A DNA stretch of 64,000 nucleotides from the human T2T-CHM13v2.0 reference genome, Homo sapiens: assembly GCF_009914755.1 (NCBI RefSeq), contig NC_060931.1; one strand, given 5' to 3'. The translations under genes were made by a program, and so were the position numbers. Every line of letters starts with the position of its first letter. The stretch's first letter is position 1. Shown here piece by piece: positions 25,873 to 50,527 of the stretch. A model generated the notes under the pieces. The model did not search any database. It had not been told where the DNA came from and was given only the letters and a program-made list of their open reading frames with translations.

Positions 25873-26855
25873 AGGAAGGAGAAAGAGAGGAATCGGGACA
25901 AAGAAATGGGGTGGTGGCGGGGGAGGGAGGTGGAGTCAGGCAGGGAGCTGTGGGTGGAGAAGCTAGTGTGTGCATAGCTGAGCCGGTGGAGGTCTAGAGG
26001 CGAGCTTCCATTTCCCCAAAATATAGTGTTATCATTTCCCGTGATTTTCATATTTTATATCATTTTGGAATTTTTAATATAAGCCAATAGATTATTGAAG
26101 ACCACTCCATTATTCATCGGGTGGAACATTCTTGCATTTTGATTGCAAGTATCATTTTCTGCCACTTCCTTGAAATGCCTTAGGATTCCTGACACCACCT
26201 TGTACACCCTCCACTCTAGAAGCTGAGAGTGGGGGGCTCTCAGCTTGGCAGGCTCTGTGACCAGCATGGTCAGGTGCCCGGTGCCCTGGGCCTGGACTAG
26301 CCATCGATTCCTGGGCAAGGGGCTTACAGCTGTCGGGATTTCAAACAGCTCTATCTTGCAATGTCCTCATGTAGTCATTTAAAATTCCAGGATTTAATCA
26401 TCACGCCTGGTATAAAAATAAAGGAGGGTGGGTGGGGAGGACAGGAAAATTTTAATGCAAACACACAAGACCACAGGCTGCAGCAGCTTGAGGCGGGAAG
26501 TGTGTTTTTGCCCCTGGCTGCAGAGTGGATTCTGGCGTTTAAGCTGATGGCTTTGTGCAGCCGGGCACCTGAGCACCTGCCAGTCCATCCCCCTGCTCCA
26601 TCTGTCTGGGTGTAGCTGGGGAAACAGGATGGTCCCACCAGGGATGGAAAGCCAGTCTGCTCTGGGCTAAATGTCTATGTCCCCTCCAAATTTATGTGTT
26701 GAAGCCCTAAGTCCCAATGGGGTGGTACTAGGAGGTGGGGCCCCTGGGAGGTGATTAAGTCATGAGGGTAGAGCCCTCATGAAGGGGAGTAGCGCCCTTA
26801 TGAGAAGAGGCACCAGGAACTTGCTCTCTTTCTTACATTGCAACGATACAGTGAT

Positions 26856-26890
26856 ATCGCTTCTTGACCTTTTGGCTAAGATCAAGTGTA
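26856..26890 (+). pseudogene. RNU2: 3'-truncated U2 snRNA retropseudogene (U2 nt 1-35)
   Basis: ATCGCTTCTTGACCTTTTGGCTAAGATCAAGTGTA matches the U2 5' end ATCGCTTCTCGGCCTTTTGGCTAAGATCAAGTGTA at 33/35 positions. It is flanked by the direct repeats aacgatacagtga / aaggatacaatga and has no poly(A) tail. Confidence 0.92.
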
Positions 26891-26977
26891 AGGATACAAT
26901 GAGAAGTCACCATCTACAAGCCAGGAAGAGGGAGCTCGCTAGAACTTCCAGCTTCCAGAACTGTAAGAAATTAACAG

Positions 26978-28500
<1,523 letters not shown>

Positions 28501-28517
28501 AAGTCACGTGGTATTTC

Positions 28518-29330
28518 TTTTTTTTTAATTTTTAATTTTATTTTTCCATAAGTTATTGGGGTACACGTGGTTATTTGGTTACATGAGTAAGTTCTTTAGG
28601 GAAGATTTGTGAGAGTTTTGATGCACCCATCACCCGAGCAGTACACGCTGCATCACATTTGTAGTCTTTTATTCCTCGACCCCTCCCACTCTTCCCCACA
28701 GGTCCCCAAAGTCCATTGTGTCATTCTTACGCCTTTGCATCCTCATAGCTTAGATCCCACATATCAGTGAGAACATACGATGTTTGCTTTTCCATTCCTG
28801 AGTTACTTCACTTGGAATAATGGTCTCCAATCTCATCCAGGTCACTGCAAATGCTGTTAATTCATTCCTTTTTATGGCTGAGTAGTATTCCATCATATAT
28901 ATAGCACAGTTTCTTTATCCACTTGTGGATTGATGGGCATTTGGGTTGGTTCCACGATTTTGCAATTGTGAATTGTGCTGCTACAAACACGCGTGTGCAA
29001 GGATTTTTTTTGGAATAATGACTTCCTTTCCTCTAGGTAGATACCCAGTAGTGGGATTGCTGGATCAAACGGTGGTTCTGCTGTTAGTTCTTAAAGGAAT
29101 CGCCACACTGTTTTCCATAGTGGCTGTACTAGTTTACATTCCCACCAGCAGTGTAGAAGTGTTCCCTGATCAACACATCCACACCAACATCTACTGTTTT
29201 TTATTTTTTGATTATGACCATTCTTGCAGGAGTAAGGTGGTATTGCATTGAGGTTTTGATTTGCATTTCCGTGATCATTACTGACATTAGTGATGTTGAG
29301 CTTCTTGGCTATTTGTTTTTTATATATTGA
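28518..29330 (-). mobile_element. L1PB-type LINE-1 3' end (5'-truncated)
   Basis: T-rich tail then ttccataagttattggggtac...gcacccatcacccgagcagtacac...gtgagaacatacgatgtttg; the ORF2 C-terminal remnant CWWECKLVQPLWKTVWRFL is visible in the ORF track. Confidence 0.9.
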
Positions 29331-29332
29331 GC

Positions 29333-30078
<746 letters not shown>

Positions 30079-31710
30079 CCATGGCTATTTCTGTATTCCA
30101 GTTCAAAATTAAAGTTAGTTCCAGTGGAGGGGCTGATAAGAGAGAAACATGTCTCTTCCCACACTTCCTTGTCTTTCAGACCTTGGTTTATTAGAGTAGG
30201 ATTTCTATTCTCCCTAATTTACCTACATGGCTGTAAGAAAAGATGAGAGGGACCAGGATCGGAGCAATCAATCTGCCTCTGTTTCTGATGGGAAGCTGGG
30301 CCTCTGGGCTGGGGAGATGTTGACCGCCTGGAGAATATTACAGAGGAAGGCACCATCATTCGTGAACATATAAAAGGCATGTGATTTCCAGTCATTTTCA
30401 GCCAGAACATCTGCTTTATTAATATTGAATGAAAGTGCTTTAGGCTGTTAAGAAAACATTACTGTAAAACGTGTAAGTATAATGATCCCATTCTGGATAC
30501 AGTTTATGAGATCCCCTGTATGGAAAACAGGCAAACGGGTGCTTTTACACTTGTTTTTTTTATCATATGCAAGTGTGATAGGTAATAAGAACATAAATCT
30601 ACATGGAATCATAAAAATAAAATTTACTGTCTCTTCCTGACATGAAAATCGTCTTGGATTGCATCATCCTCTTTTCTCTGTGAGATGAATCCGGGCTTAT
30701 TTTGAACGTTACTGTGTCCATCTGAAATATCAGTGCAACAGAGTCTAATTACAAGGGCTTGATGGAATATATTTCTGTTAGTTCTGCGATTGGCAAGGGC
30801 AGAATGATCTGGTAGCCAATTCTCCAGCATCACTCGCCTTCGTGGAGGGAAAGCATGAAGGGGAAGATCTTACTGGAACTCAGTGTAAAGGCATTTGGTA
30901 GTTCTGCAAACATCTGCCATCCATTGCAAACATAGCGGCAAGCTTTGGAGGAAATGAGGGCGTGCTAATAGGGTAGCGTACATCTTCATTAAGACAGATA
31001 TTTGTGGGGCCTGAAAAACCACCTTCATCCATACGCATAGCTTTTCAGGCAGGCAAGGAGTGCAGGTCGTAAGAGGTGGTTGATAGAGCATTTTCTTCCC
31101 CACCAGAAATCTCTATTAACCAGCAGATCTGCACACCTAAGGTAGGAATAGTAATTCATACTCATAACTATGGCCCTCCAGCAACAAAAAATCCTGGTGA
31201 GCCTTTGTGTGTATCAGAGCCAGATTAAATTATGGTCACCAAGGTTTTAGTGCCAAATGCATTTTGTTCTTTTATAATTCTCTGAGAACAGGAGATCTGT
31301 GCAAGGTACACATGAATGCTCCATTAACAGGGATATCTGAGACAGAAGGGCCCTCTCTGCCAGCCTTGCTGGAGAGCAGAATTAACTGAAATCTGCTAGT
31401 AAAAGTGACAAACTGTGGCCCAGCAAGCCTAGTTCTCCTTACTGTGGTGATAGTAGCAAACGTAGCGGTCAGGATGGGGCTGGTGTGAGCTGGCCATAAG
31501 GAGAGGGGCAGAATTCCTAACTCACTGGATGACTCTATAGTATAGGGAAGAACTTGTGGGCATTGGCCCCTGCAGAGTATGGCATGCTGAAATGTATCTT
31601 GGCCTCAATGGTCCGTGAATATCTCATCCTTGTCAACAAGCCAAAATGTCAACCCAGTGTGGAATTTAGGGGAATTCTGAGGCCCAGTGACATGAGCAGC
31701 TGGGCAGTGT

Positions 31711-32614
31711 TGTTATAGGACCGCCAGGTTTGTATGTCCATTGGAAAACAATAGGCCAATACATTGAGACAGCAGGATTTGCAGCAGAGAAAGAGTTTAA
31801 TGATTGCAGGGCACTGAGCAAGGAGATGGGAGAAGATCCTCAAATCCATCTTCCTGAGGAGTTCTGGCCTGGGTTTTTTTTTTTTTTTTTTTTGGAGACA
31901 GGGTCTCACTCTGTCACCCAGACTGGAGTGCAGTGGTGTGATTATAGTTCACTGTAGCCTTTACCTCTTGGGCTCAAGCAATCCTCCCACCTCAGCTCCC
32001 TGAGTAGCTGGGACTACAGGTGCCTGCCAACATGCCTAGCTATTTTTTTTTTTTTTTGGTAGAGATGGGGGCCTCACTATATTGCCCAGGTTGGTCTTGA
32101 ACTCCTGGACTCAAGCAATCCTCTTGCTTCAGCCTCCCAAATTGTTGGGATTATAGGTGTGAGCCACCAAGTCTGGCCGAGTTCTGGGCTGCGATTTTTA
32201 AGGGGACAATGGAGAGCAAAGGATTGGAAAATTGGCGTCATTGATTGATTGGGGTAAAGGAGATGAAATCCTCAGGATGTGGAAACTGCATTCTTTGGTG
32301 AGTCAGCTTGTCATGCAGTCCTTCAGACCAGTTGGTGTCAGCATGCAGGACCTGAAAGAACATCTCAGATGGAAAACGTAATGTTTGATAATGTTCAAGT
32401 TGGTATCTATAGAGCTGTTAAGGGGACCTATAATTTTCTAACAGGGTCTACACGATTCTAGGACAATAGGCAATGCACAGCTATGTGGAAACAGGTCAGA
32501 AAGCAGGCTGAGACCTAGTGAATGTGCTGAATGTGCTATAAGCTTGGTTTATTTTAATTTCTTCCCCTCCATTCTTCCCTGATTAATTTTATAAAGTTTA
32601 TAGGGACAGTTTCA
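31711..32614 (-). mobile_element. ERV1-type solo LTR with an AluJ insertion (~31874-32178)
   Basis: TG...CA termini with a 4-bp TSD GTGT on both sides; the minus strand starts tgaaactgtccctataaactttataaaattaatcaggg. Subfamily not assigned. Confidence 0.8.
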
Positions 32615-32739
32615 GTGTGCTAACAGAGCACTCACTGGGCCACTTGAGGCTTGCAGGGACAGCGACTTGCCCAAGTGACTCAACTTCAAAGTGTCAGAAC
32701 ATGATCTTAGAACCCCACCTCCTGCCATCTGGAATCTGG

Positions 32740-33500
32740 CTTGTCCCCCATGGCATGCAGAATTCTCTGTCCTGGCTCAGTGGTTCAGCAACAATGGTCC
32801 TCTGCTCTCTGAAGATGTCGAAGCTCACTCCTGCCTCAGGACCTTTGCACGGGTCCTTATTGCCACCTGGAATGTTTGCCTCCTTGGCATTTGCACAGCT
32901 GGCTCCTTTTGTCATCCCATTCATGGCATGGATACCAGCTCAACGTTGTCCTTCCCTGATCACCCAATCTAGAGTGGCCATTGGGTCACTTTCCATCATG
33001 CCATCTTGTTTAAATACCCCACACGTGCCCCTCACATGCTAATATTTTCTCTGGTCTTTTTTTTCTTTTCTTTTTTGAGATGGAGTCTTGCTCTGTTGCC
33101 CAGGCTGGAGTGCAGTGGTGTGATATTGGCTCACTGCAAACTCTGCCTGCCGGGTGCAAACAATTCTTGTGCCTCAGCCTCCTGAGTAGCTGGGATTACA
33201 GGTGTGCACAACCACACTCAGCTAACTTTTGTATTTTTAGTAGAGACAAGTTTCACCATGTTGGCCAGGCTGGTCTCCAACTCTTGACCTCAAGAGGTCT
33301 GCCTGCCTCGGCCTCCCAAAGTGCTGGTATTGCAGGTGTGAGCCACTGCGCCCGGTCTTCTGGTCTTCATGTGGAGTGTATTGTCTGTCTCCATGAGGTT
33401 GGAGGATGGGCACATCTTGTTCTAAGCTGCATCTCCAATGCATCATGCACATTGCAGGTGCTCTTAAATGTGGTGGAAAGAATGAAGTAATGAATTGCTT
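32740..33500 (-). mobile_element. L2 fragment with an AluS insertion (~33057-33356)
   Basis: ctcctgcctcaggacctttgcac...tgccacctggaatg, L2-type motifs. Confidence 0.65.
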
Positions 33501-33749
33501 TTGGGCAACTGTGGTTTGACCCAGAATACATCCAAATTCAGCTCTGGAGGTCCAGAGCCGTGCCCTTGACTGACAACAGGCCATCAATCCTTCACTCCCC
33601 TGTGGAGGGGATGACATGGAGGAGAGTAACTTTTGGGGACAGGAAAATGCCTGAAATGTGGGTGCTGCTTCAGGCCTGGGGAAGGTGGGGTGTGCTGAGA
33701 GCAACATCTTCTAGTCAAGGTCATCAGCAACAAGGCAAGACTCATTCAG

Positions 33750-34825
<1,076 letters not shown>

Positions 34826-34934
34826 GAACTTGAATGAATGGAATCCAGGCAGAGTTGACTGGAGCCCAGATCTGCCCTCTCTGCCGCTTGTCTGCATAGT
34901 GACTGACAGCTCTCCCTGGCTTCTTCTCAGGAAT

Positions 34935-35287
34935 TGTATTAGTCCATTTTCATGCTGCTGATAAAGACATACCGAGACTGGGAAGAAAAAGAAGTTTAAT
35001 TGGACTTACAATTCCACATGGCTAGGGAGGCCTGATAAGCATGGTGGAAGGCAAAAGGCACATCTTACATGGCGGCAGACAAGAGAGAATGAGAGCCAAG
35101 CAAAAGGGGTTTCCCCTTATAAAACTGTCATATCTCATGAGATTTATTCACTACCACGAGAACAGTATGGGGGAAACTGCCCCCATGATTCACATTATGT
35201 CCCACTGGCTCCCTCCCACAACACATGGGAATTATGGGAGTACAATTCAAGATAAGATTTGGGTGAGGACACAGCCGAACCATATCA
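34935..35287 (-). mobile_element. THE1 (THE1B/C-like) solo LTR, complete
   Basis: tgtattagtccattttcatgctgctgataaagacatacc...ggacacagccgaaccatatca; 5-bp TSD ggaat / gggat. Confidence 0.92.
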
Positions 35288-35539
35288 GGGATACAATAAA
35301 GGCCATATGCACCTGCAGGCACAAGTGGGTGTTGCATATGGTACAAATGTCAAATGGTTTTTACTGGACAGCTCCACCCGTAAGCCAAAAATCAAGACCC
35401 AATTCCTCACGGCAGCACCAGCCTGAATTATGGCAAACATTTCTGGCTCCAGGTTGATCTTTGGAGACAGAGGCTCATGTGTCTTAGACCAGTGAGAGAT
35501 CACAGTCCTGCTTGAATAATAGCAATGATAGTAATAACT

Positions 35540-35765
35540 GGGGATGGCAGTACTGACAGTTTGCATTTAGGAAGAATATTCTATGGGCTGGACACTGTGC
35601 TAAACACGTTCCACGTACTGCTGTATCCAACTCACACTAAAGCCATTTCACCAATGATAAAACTGGGGCTTAAAGAAATAAACTCATGTACCTACCCAAG
35701 CTCACTTGACTGATAAGTGACAGAGTGAGGATTTGAACCCTGGAGTCTGACATCCAAGCCTCCCT
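35540..35765 (-). mobile_element. MIR SINE
   Basis: gacactgtgctaaacac...aaactggggcttaaaga...aggatttgaaccctggagtctgac. Confidence 0.65.
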
Positions 35766-36159
35766 ACGAGCCACCATGGCACATGGTCTTTACTAGGGTT
35801 AAATGAGACCCAGGGAGGTCTTGTCACGTGTGGAAGAGGTGGAGGGTGGCTGGAGGGGAGGCATCGCTCCCTGTCTGAGAGCGAAGACGATGACATAATT
35901 CATGGAAACACTGTCAACTGTGGCTGGTGGTTGGAAAGGTCCCAGCTGGGTCTCCGTCTAGTGCTAATGATTTTGCAGCAACATAGGGCCTCAAAGGAGC
36001 TTAAATGCAACACTCTCCAAGTTCAAAAGGGAGAACATAAAATTTCCATCAAAGTAACATTGTAGTGAGAGCCTCCTTTTCCCTGAGGCTGATTGGACAA
36101 ATTACATTCAATACTTTTGAGTTCTTCCTGGCTAAAGATGGAGGTCATTGACAGGAACT

Positions 36160-36920
<761 letters not shown>

Positions 36921-37216
36921 TAGTAGAGGGTAAACCCAGCAGCATAGCCAGGCTGAGCCCTCAGAGAGTCCCAGTGCATTTGGAAGGGGGATGGAGAAGC
37001 CAGACAGAGCTGGTTCAAACCCCTGTCTGTGTCTTCCTTGTATGTGACCTGGGCACATTACTTAACCCTTTGTGAGACTCAGTTTTCTCTCCTGTACAAT
37101 GGGAACAATGTATCCCTTGCAGGGCTTTAATGAGGAACAAGGATATTCTATGTGATATGCTTGACATTGAATTGGTTTCCAGCACAGACTATCAACTCTG
37201 CTAGGACTCTGTGCAT

Positions 37217-38602
<1,386 letters not shown>

Positions 38603-38608
38603 TGAAGT

Positions 38609-39266
38609 CTGTCCTGGGTTGAATTGTGTACCCCCCAAAATTCATGTCCTTCCTGGACCTCAGAATGTGACTTTATTTGGAAACAGGGTCATTGCAGAAG
38701 TAATGGAAGTAATGAGTTAAGGTAAAATGAGATCGAACTGTGGTAGGGGAGCCTTTGATCTGACACAACTGGTGTCCTTATCATCAGAGGAGGACACACA
38801 GACACACAGAGGGAAGACAGGCATACAATGACAGAGGCAGAGATTAGAGTGGTGTATGCACAAGCCACTGTCCTGCAAGGATTGCCGGCAGCCGCAGGCA
38901 GAGGCAGGCGGATCGCCTGATCCCAGGCATTCAAGACCAGCCTGGGCAACATGGCGAGACCTCATCTCTACAAAAAATGCAAACATTAGCTGGGCATGGT
39001 GGTGCGAACCTGTAGTTCCAACTACTTGAGAGGCTGAAGTGGGAGGATCACCTGAGCCTGGGGAGAGTGAGGCTGCAGTGAGCCATGATTGTACCACTGT
39101 ACTGCACCTGCACCCTGAGCAAGAGTGAGACCCTTTCTCAAGAAGCCAGGAAGGAAGCAAGGGGCAGATCTTCCCCCTGAGCCCCCAAGAAGAAAACAAC
39201 CTTGCAACAGCTTGAGTTTGGTGTTGTTCTGAGTCACCTAGTTTGTGTCACAGGAAACTAAGACAG
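38609..39266 (+). mobile_element. MLT1 (MLT1C-like) LTR with a truncated Alu (~38897-39140)
   Basis: tgtcctgggttgaattgtgtaccccccaaaattcatgtcc...gtgactttatttggaaacagggtc...caggaaactaagaca. Confidence 0.8.
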
Positions 39267-39399
39267 ACACGCCCAGAGGGTGTGAGGAAGAGGGTCTGCA
39301 GAATCGGCTCTTGGGGCCCCCCAGGCAGAACAAGGAGGAGACAAGCTCTAGAAAACTGCATACATTGGATGAGACAGCAAATAAACCAATTGGTATAAG

Positions 39400-44356
<4,957 letters not shown>

Positions 44357-44804
44357 GCCCCAGGATCTTTTTGTGCCAATAAATGGGTTATATTTGTAAA
44401 GCTCTTAAAATGGTGTGTGACACATAAGAAGTCCTATGTAAGTGTTTATTAGATAAAGCAACAGAAAAATTATATGTGCAAAGCTTTCAAAAAGAAACAA
44501 ATAGCATGTGTGTGATAGGACTCCTTTTTGTATTTAAAAATATATCCACATAAATGTGAATATTTGTTTTATACATGTGTGTATGTGTATATTTCTGTAT
44601 GGGAGTGGGGAGGGAAGTGTTTACTTCATTTCTCTTTATATTTATTTTATTTTTTGTAGAGATGAGGGTCTTGCTATGTTGCCCAGGCTGGTCTCAAACT
44701 CCTGGCTTTAAGCAATCCTTCTGCCTCAGCCTCGCAAAATGTTAGGATTACAGGTGTGAACCGTGCCTGGCGTGTGTACTTAATTTCTTTACTTTGTAGA
44801 AATC

Positions 44805-45494
<690 letters not shown>

Positions 45495-45525
45495 CCCTCT
45501 AAACTTTTGATCTGTTTCTAATTTT

Positions 45526-45810
45526 ACATATATATGTATATGTGTGTGTGCTTATATATATATATATATACACATATTTTCAACATATGAATATACATGA
45601 TATGAATATATAATATGAATATATATGAATATGTGATATAAATATATATTCATATACTATATATATTCAACATATGAATATACACGATATGAATATATAT
45701 GAATATGTGATATAAATATATATTCATATACTATATATTCAACATATAAATATATATTCAACATATGACTATATAATATGAATATATATAGGCACACATA
45801 CATATATATT
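45526..45810. repeat. AT-rich low-complexity tandem repeat with a ~74-bp duplication
   Basis: atatgaatatatatgaatatgtgatataaatatatattcatatactatata occurs at ~45613 and ~45687. Confidence 0.85.
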
Positions 45811-45923
45811 TTATTATTTCAGAATGTCAGTAGGAATTATCTAGGTGGAGAGATTATGGCTCATTTTGAATTTTCTTTTTCTTTTTTTTTTTTTTCTTTT
45901 AAATAGAGACAGGGTCTCACTAA

Positions 45924-46037
<114 letters not shown>

Positions 46038-46559
46038 TAAACAATCTTAAATATCATGTTTTATAAAGGGGAGATTCAGAAGGTGGTTGAAGGAGGCAAG
46101 TCTTATTCCTGACTGTTGTGGGGAGACCTGAGGTGGCAAGGAAGAGAGATGTCAGTGGTTCTTTGCTTTTTCATTGACATCTCCATGTTTCTTTGCAGCA
46201 CATACAGCCACCTGCACATGTGGAGCTTGGTCTGGGAGGCTGCCTGCTCCCCCTTCGAGCCTGGGTGGCATGTGTCCAGGTGCCACCCCTAAGCGGAAGA
46301 GCCTTTCCTGGGGTGGTGTGCAGATGGCCACAAGGGAGGCAAGGTGGCCCAGGGAGGAAGAGAGAAGCCCAGGAGAAGCCAGCTCAGGATACCTCTTGGA
46401 CATGGCATGAGAGCGCGCTGTCTTTGGCATGTTCCGCAGGAGAAATCCATCAGAGGAAGTGAGAGTGAAGGTAGGAAACAGAACTCATCTTGTGAGCAGC
46501 CCTTCTTGCCAACGCCACACATCCTTGTTGTCCAAATGTCAAGTGAGAAACGTATCTGT

Positions 46560-46860
46560 GTGCATTGTCAGACCTCATTGCTGGGAGATGTCAGCGCTGC
46601 CCGCAACTCCACTGGGAGGGGACAACTGGGAGATCCATGTGTGGAGCCCCCCTGGACTCTGCCGCACGTGCCTCTTCCCTGAGCTGATTTTAATCTGTGT
46701 CCTTTTGCTGTAATAAGCTGTAAGTGTGAGTAGGATGCCCTTCTGAGTTCTGTGAGTCCTTCTAGCAAATTATCAAACATAAAGGTGGTCTTGGAGACCC
46801 CCTGAACTTGCTGGGGGTGTCAGAAGTGAGAGTCCTTTTGTGGACTGTTTCCCTAAATTT
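46560..46860 (+). mobile_element. MER21-like LTR fragment
   Basis: ctccactgggaggggacaactgg...ctgattttaatctgtgtcctttt...ttctgagttctgtgagtccttctagcaaattatcaaac. Confidence 0.7.
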
Positions 46861-47693
46861 CCTCTCCCTCATTTTTGGAATACATATATACACACATATA
46901 TGCATATATATGCATACGTATACACACATATATACATGCATATATGTGTGTGTGTGTGTGTGCGTGCACGTGTGTATAATCTCATCCCTCGGTCCTCACA
47001 GGGCCTCTGTTTCCCTGTCTGAACCCTGTGACAGGCACAGGGCTGGTGAGAGGGCATTTCCAGGCTCCAGTTTGGAGAATGGGTGAAACACAGACTACTC
47101 ATTATCATAGTCATTGGTTTTTATTTTTGATCTTGATGAAAATGGGGCAATTTTTACCTTGTCATAAAGCACACACCACCATGACTTAACTGTGCCAATT
47201 TATCAAGCTGACTTCATGCATTAACACATTTGATGGTTTGATACATTTATGACACTTTCAAAACATGTCCCCTTTGGAAAATTGTAGCGTGAAGGGAAAA
47301 TGTTTACCCTCTTCATACAATTATGACTAATCTGTTTTTAGGAATTGATTAGAATAGAGGCTTTTCTTGGTGGGGCTGAAAGAGGAAGGAGGTGATTTGT
47401 GTAGCAGTGACTGGAGAAAGATGGGAAGAAGAGAATACCGAGGAGGGGTCCCAGAGAGGGAACTGCAGTATCTGTGTCCTTCAACAGCCGTTGGAGTTGT
47501 GATGTGGAGAGGCGTTTTCAGAAGAACCTCAGTGAAGCCCCAAAGGTGGGCAGAGTGGCCCTGGACTCTGTTGATAGATGCAGAGGTAGATCCAGCGGTG
47601 CTTGGCCTCAGGGAGGCCATGGCTTCCAGGGCACTGGCATGCAGACCCCGGGCACAGACACTACAGTTGTGGTGTACATTGTTGGTGCCTACC

Positions 47694-49121
<1,428 letters not shown>

Positions 49122-50078
49122 CCGAAAATTCATTTCCCTCTTTCCTTCCACCAGAGCCCTAAGTTGCTAGAGTTGACTGCCTCCCCTCCCACAACACCGA
49201 CCTTTCCCCACTTGGACCCCAGCAAGCCTGAGCACGTGTCATTTCCCTTGGTGACTGTGATTGGTCCAGGGCTGGCCATGTGACCTAAGCCAGTCCAGTT
49301 AGATGGACGGCGAGACTCCGCACTCTATTCCGGGGTGGAGTTTTTGCTCCTCCCTTCAGTCCCTGCTTTTGGGTTGGAACAGGAAACAGGGAGCTGTGAT
49401 TGACACTTGCAGGCTAAACCGTGTGACGGATGCTGTGGCTTCACGGGGGCACCAGCAGCTGAGGCAGGAAGGCTAGAGCTACAGAATGAGGGCGTGGGTC
49501 CCTGAGCCCAATTACGATATTTCTTGGGTGTCCCAGAAATATCCTGGGTGACACTGGGGGGTGCTGAGGTCTTAGGGCCAGCTGTGGTTTCAGAGGCACT
49601 GTAATGTGGAAATTGCCGTGATCTCATTTGTAACCCCAGACTAGTAAGGGCTGTAGACAGCTTTGGTCCCATAAGACCAGAGGAGGTCGCACCTCTTTTC
49701 ATTTCCTTCCAAACTCAGGTGCCCTTTGCTTGAGAGATGCTGTTACCCAGCTCAGCTCCTGGGGGAAGATTCAGCTCCCGAGGCAGCTGGTCCTGAGGAT
49801 GATGAGGCCTCCTGCTTGTCTTAGGCACTCACTGCATCTATGTGCCTCCGATTTGATGTCTATGACCATACAACTCTTAACGTCACAGCTGCTCTCACCT
49901 AGTTACCCAGAAACCACACTCACAACAGGCTGTCCATCAAAGTCCTCCTGGCTCACAATGTTCATGTCACACAGCGAAGAGAACCTCACATGTGGAGTCT
50001 TGGTTTTTCTCTAGTCCCCCTTCCTGTGATGATGAATGTCTGGTGCAGTGTTTTTTCCCTACACCTGCAAAAGTCTCT

Positions 50079-50527
50079 CTGTCTCTGTCTCTGTCTCTCT
50101 CTTCTCTTTTTTTTTGAGACAGGGTCTTGCTCTGTCGCTCAGGCTTGAGTTCAGCTGCATGATCTTAGGTCACTGCAGCCTCCAACTCCTGGGGTCAAGC
50201 GATCCTCCTGCTTCAGCCTCCCGAGTAGCTGGGACTACAACTGTGCACTACCACATCTGGCTAATTTTACAATTTTTTGTAGAGATGGGGTCTTGCTATG
50301 TTGCCCAGGCTGGAGTGCAGTTGCATGACTATAGCTCACTTCAGCCTCCAACTCCTTGGCTCAAGCAATCCTCATGCCTCAGCCTCATGAGCAGCTGGGA
50401 CTACCATGCCCTAATGTTGGCATGCATCTGTAGTCCCAGCTACTCGTGAGGCTGATTTTTAAATTTTTTGCTAATTAAAAAATTTTATTTTGTTTTGTAG
50501 AGACAGGGTCTTGCTATGTTGCCCAGT
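50079..50527 (-). mobile_element. Rearranged AluJ-type composite bounded by a 14-bp direct repeat
   Basis: ctgcaaaagtctct at 50065-50078 and 50528-50541; two right-arm copies plus an internal inversion. Confidence 0.8.
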
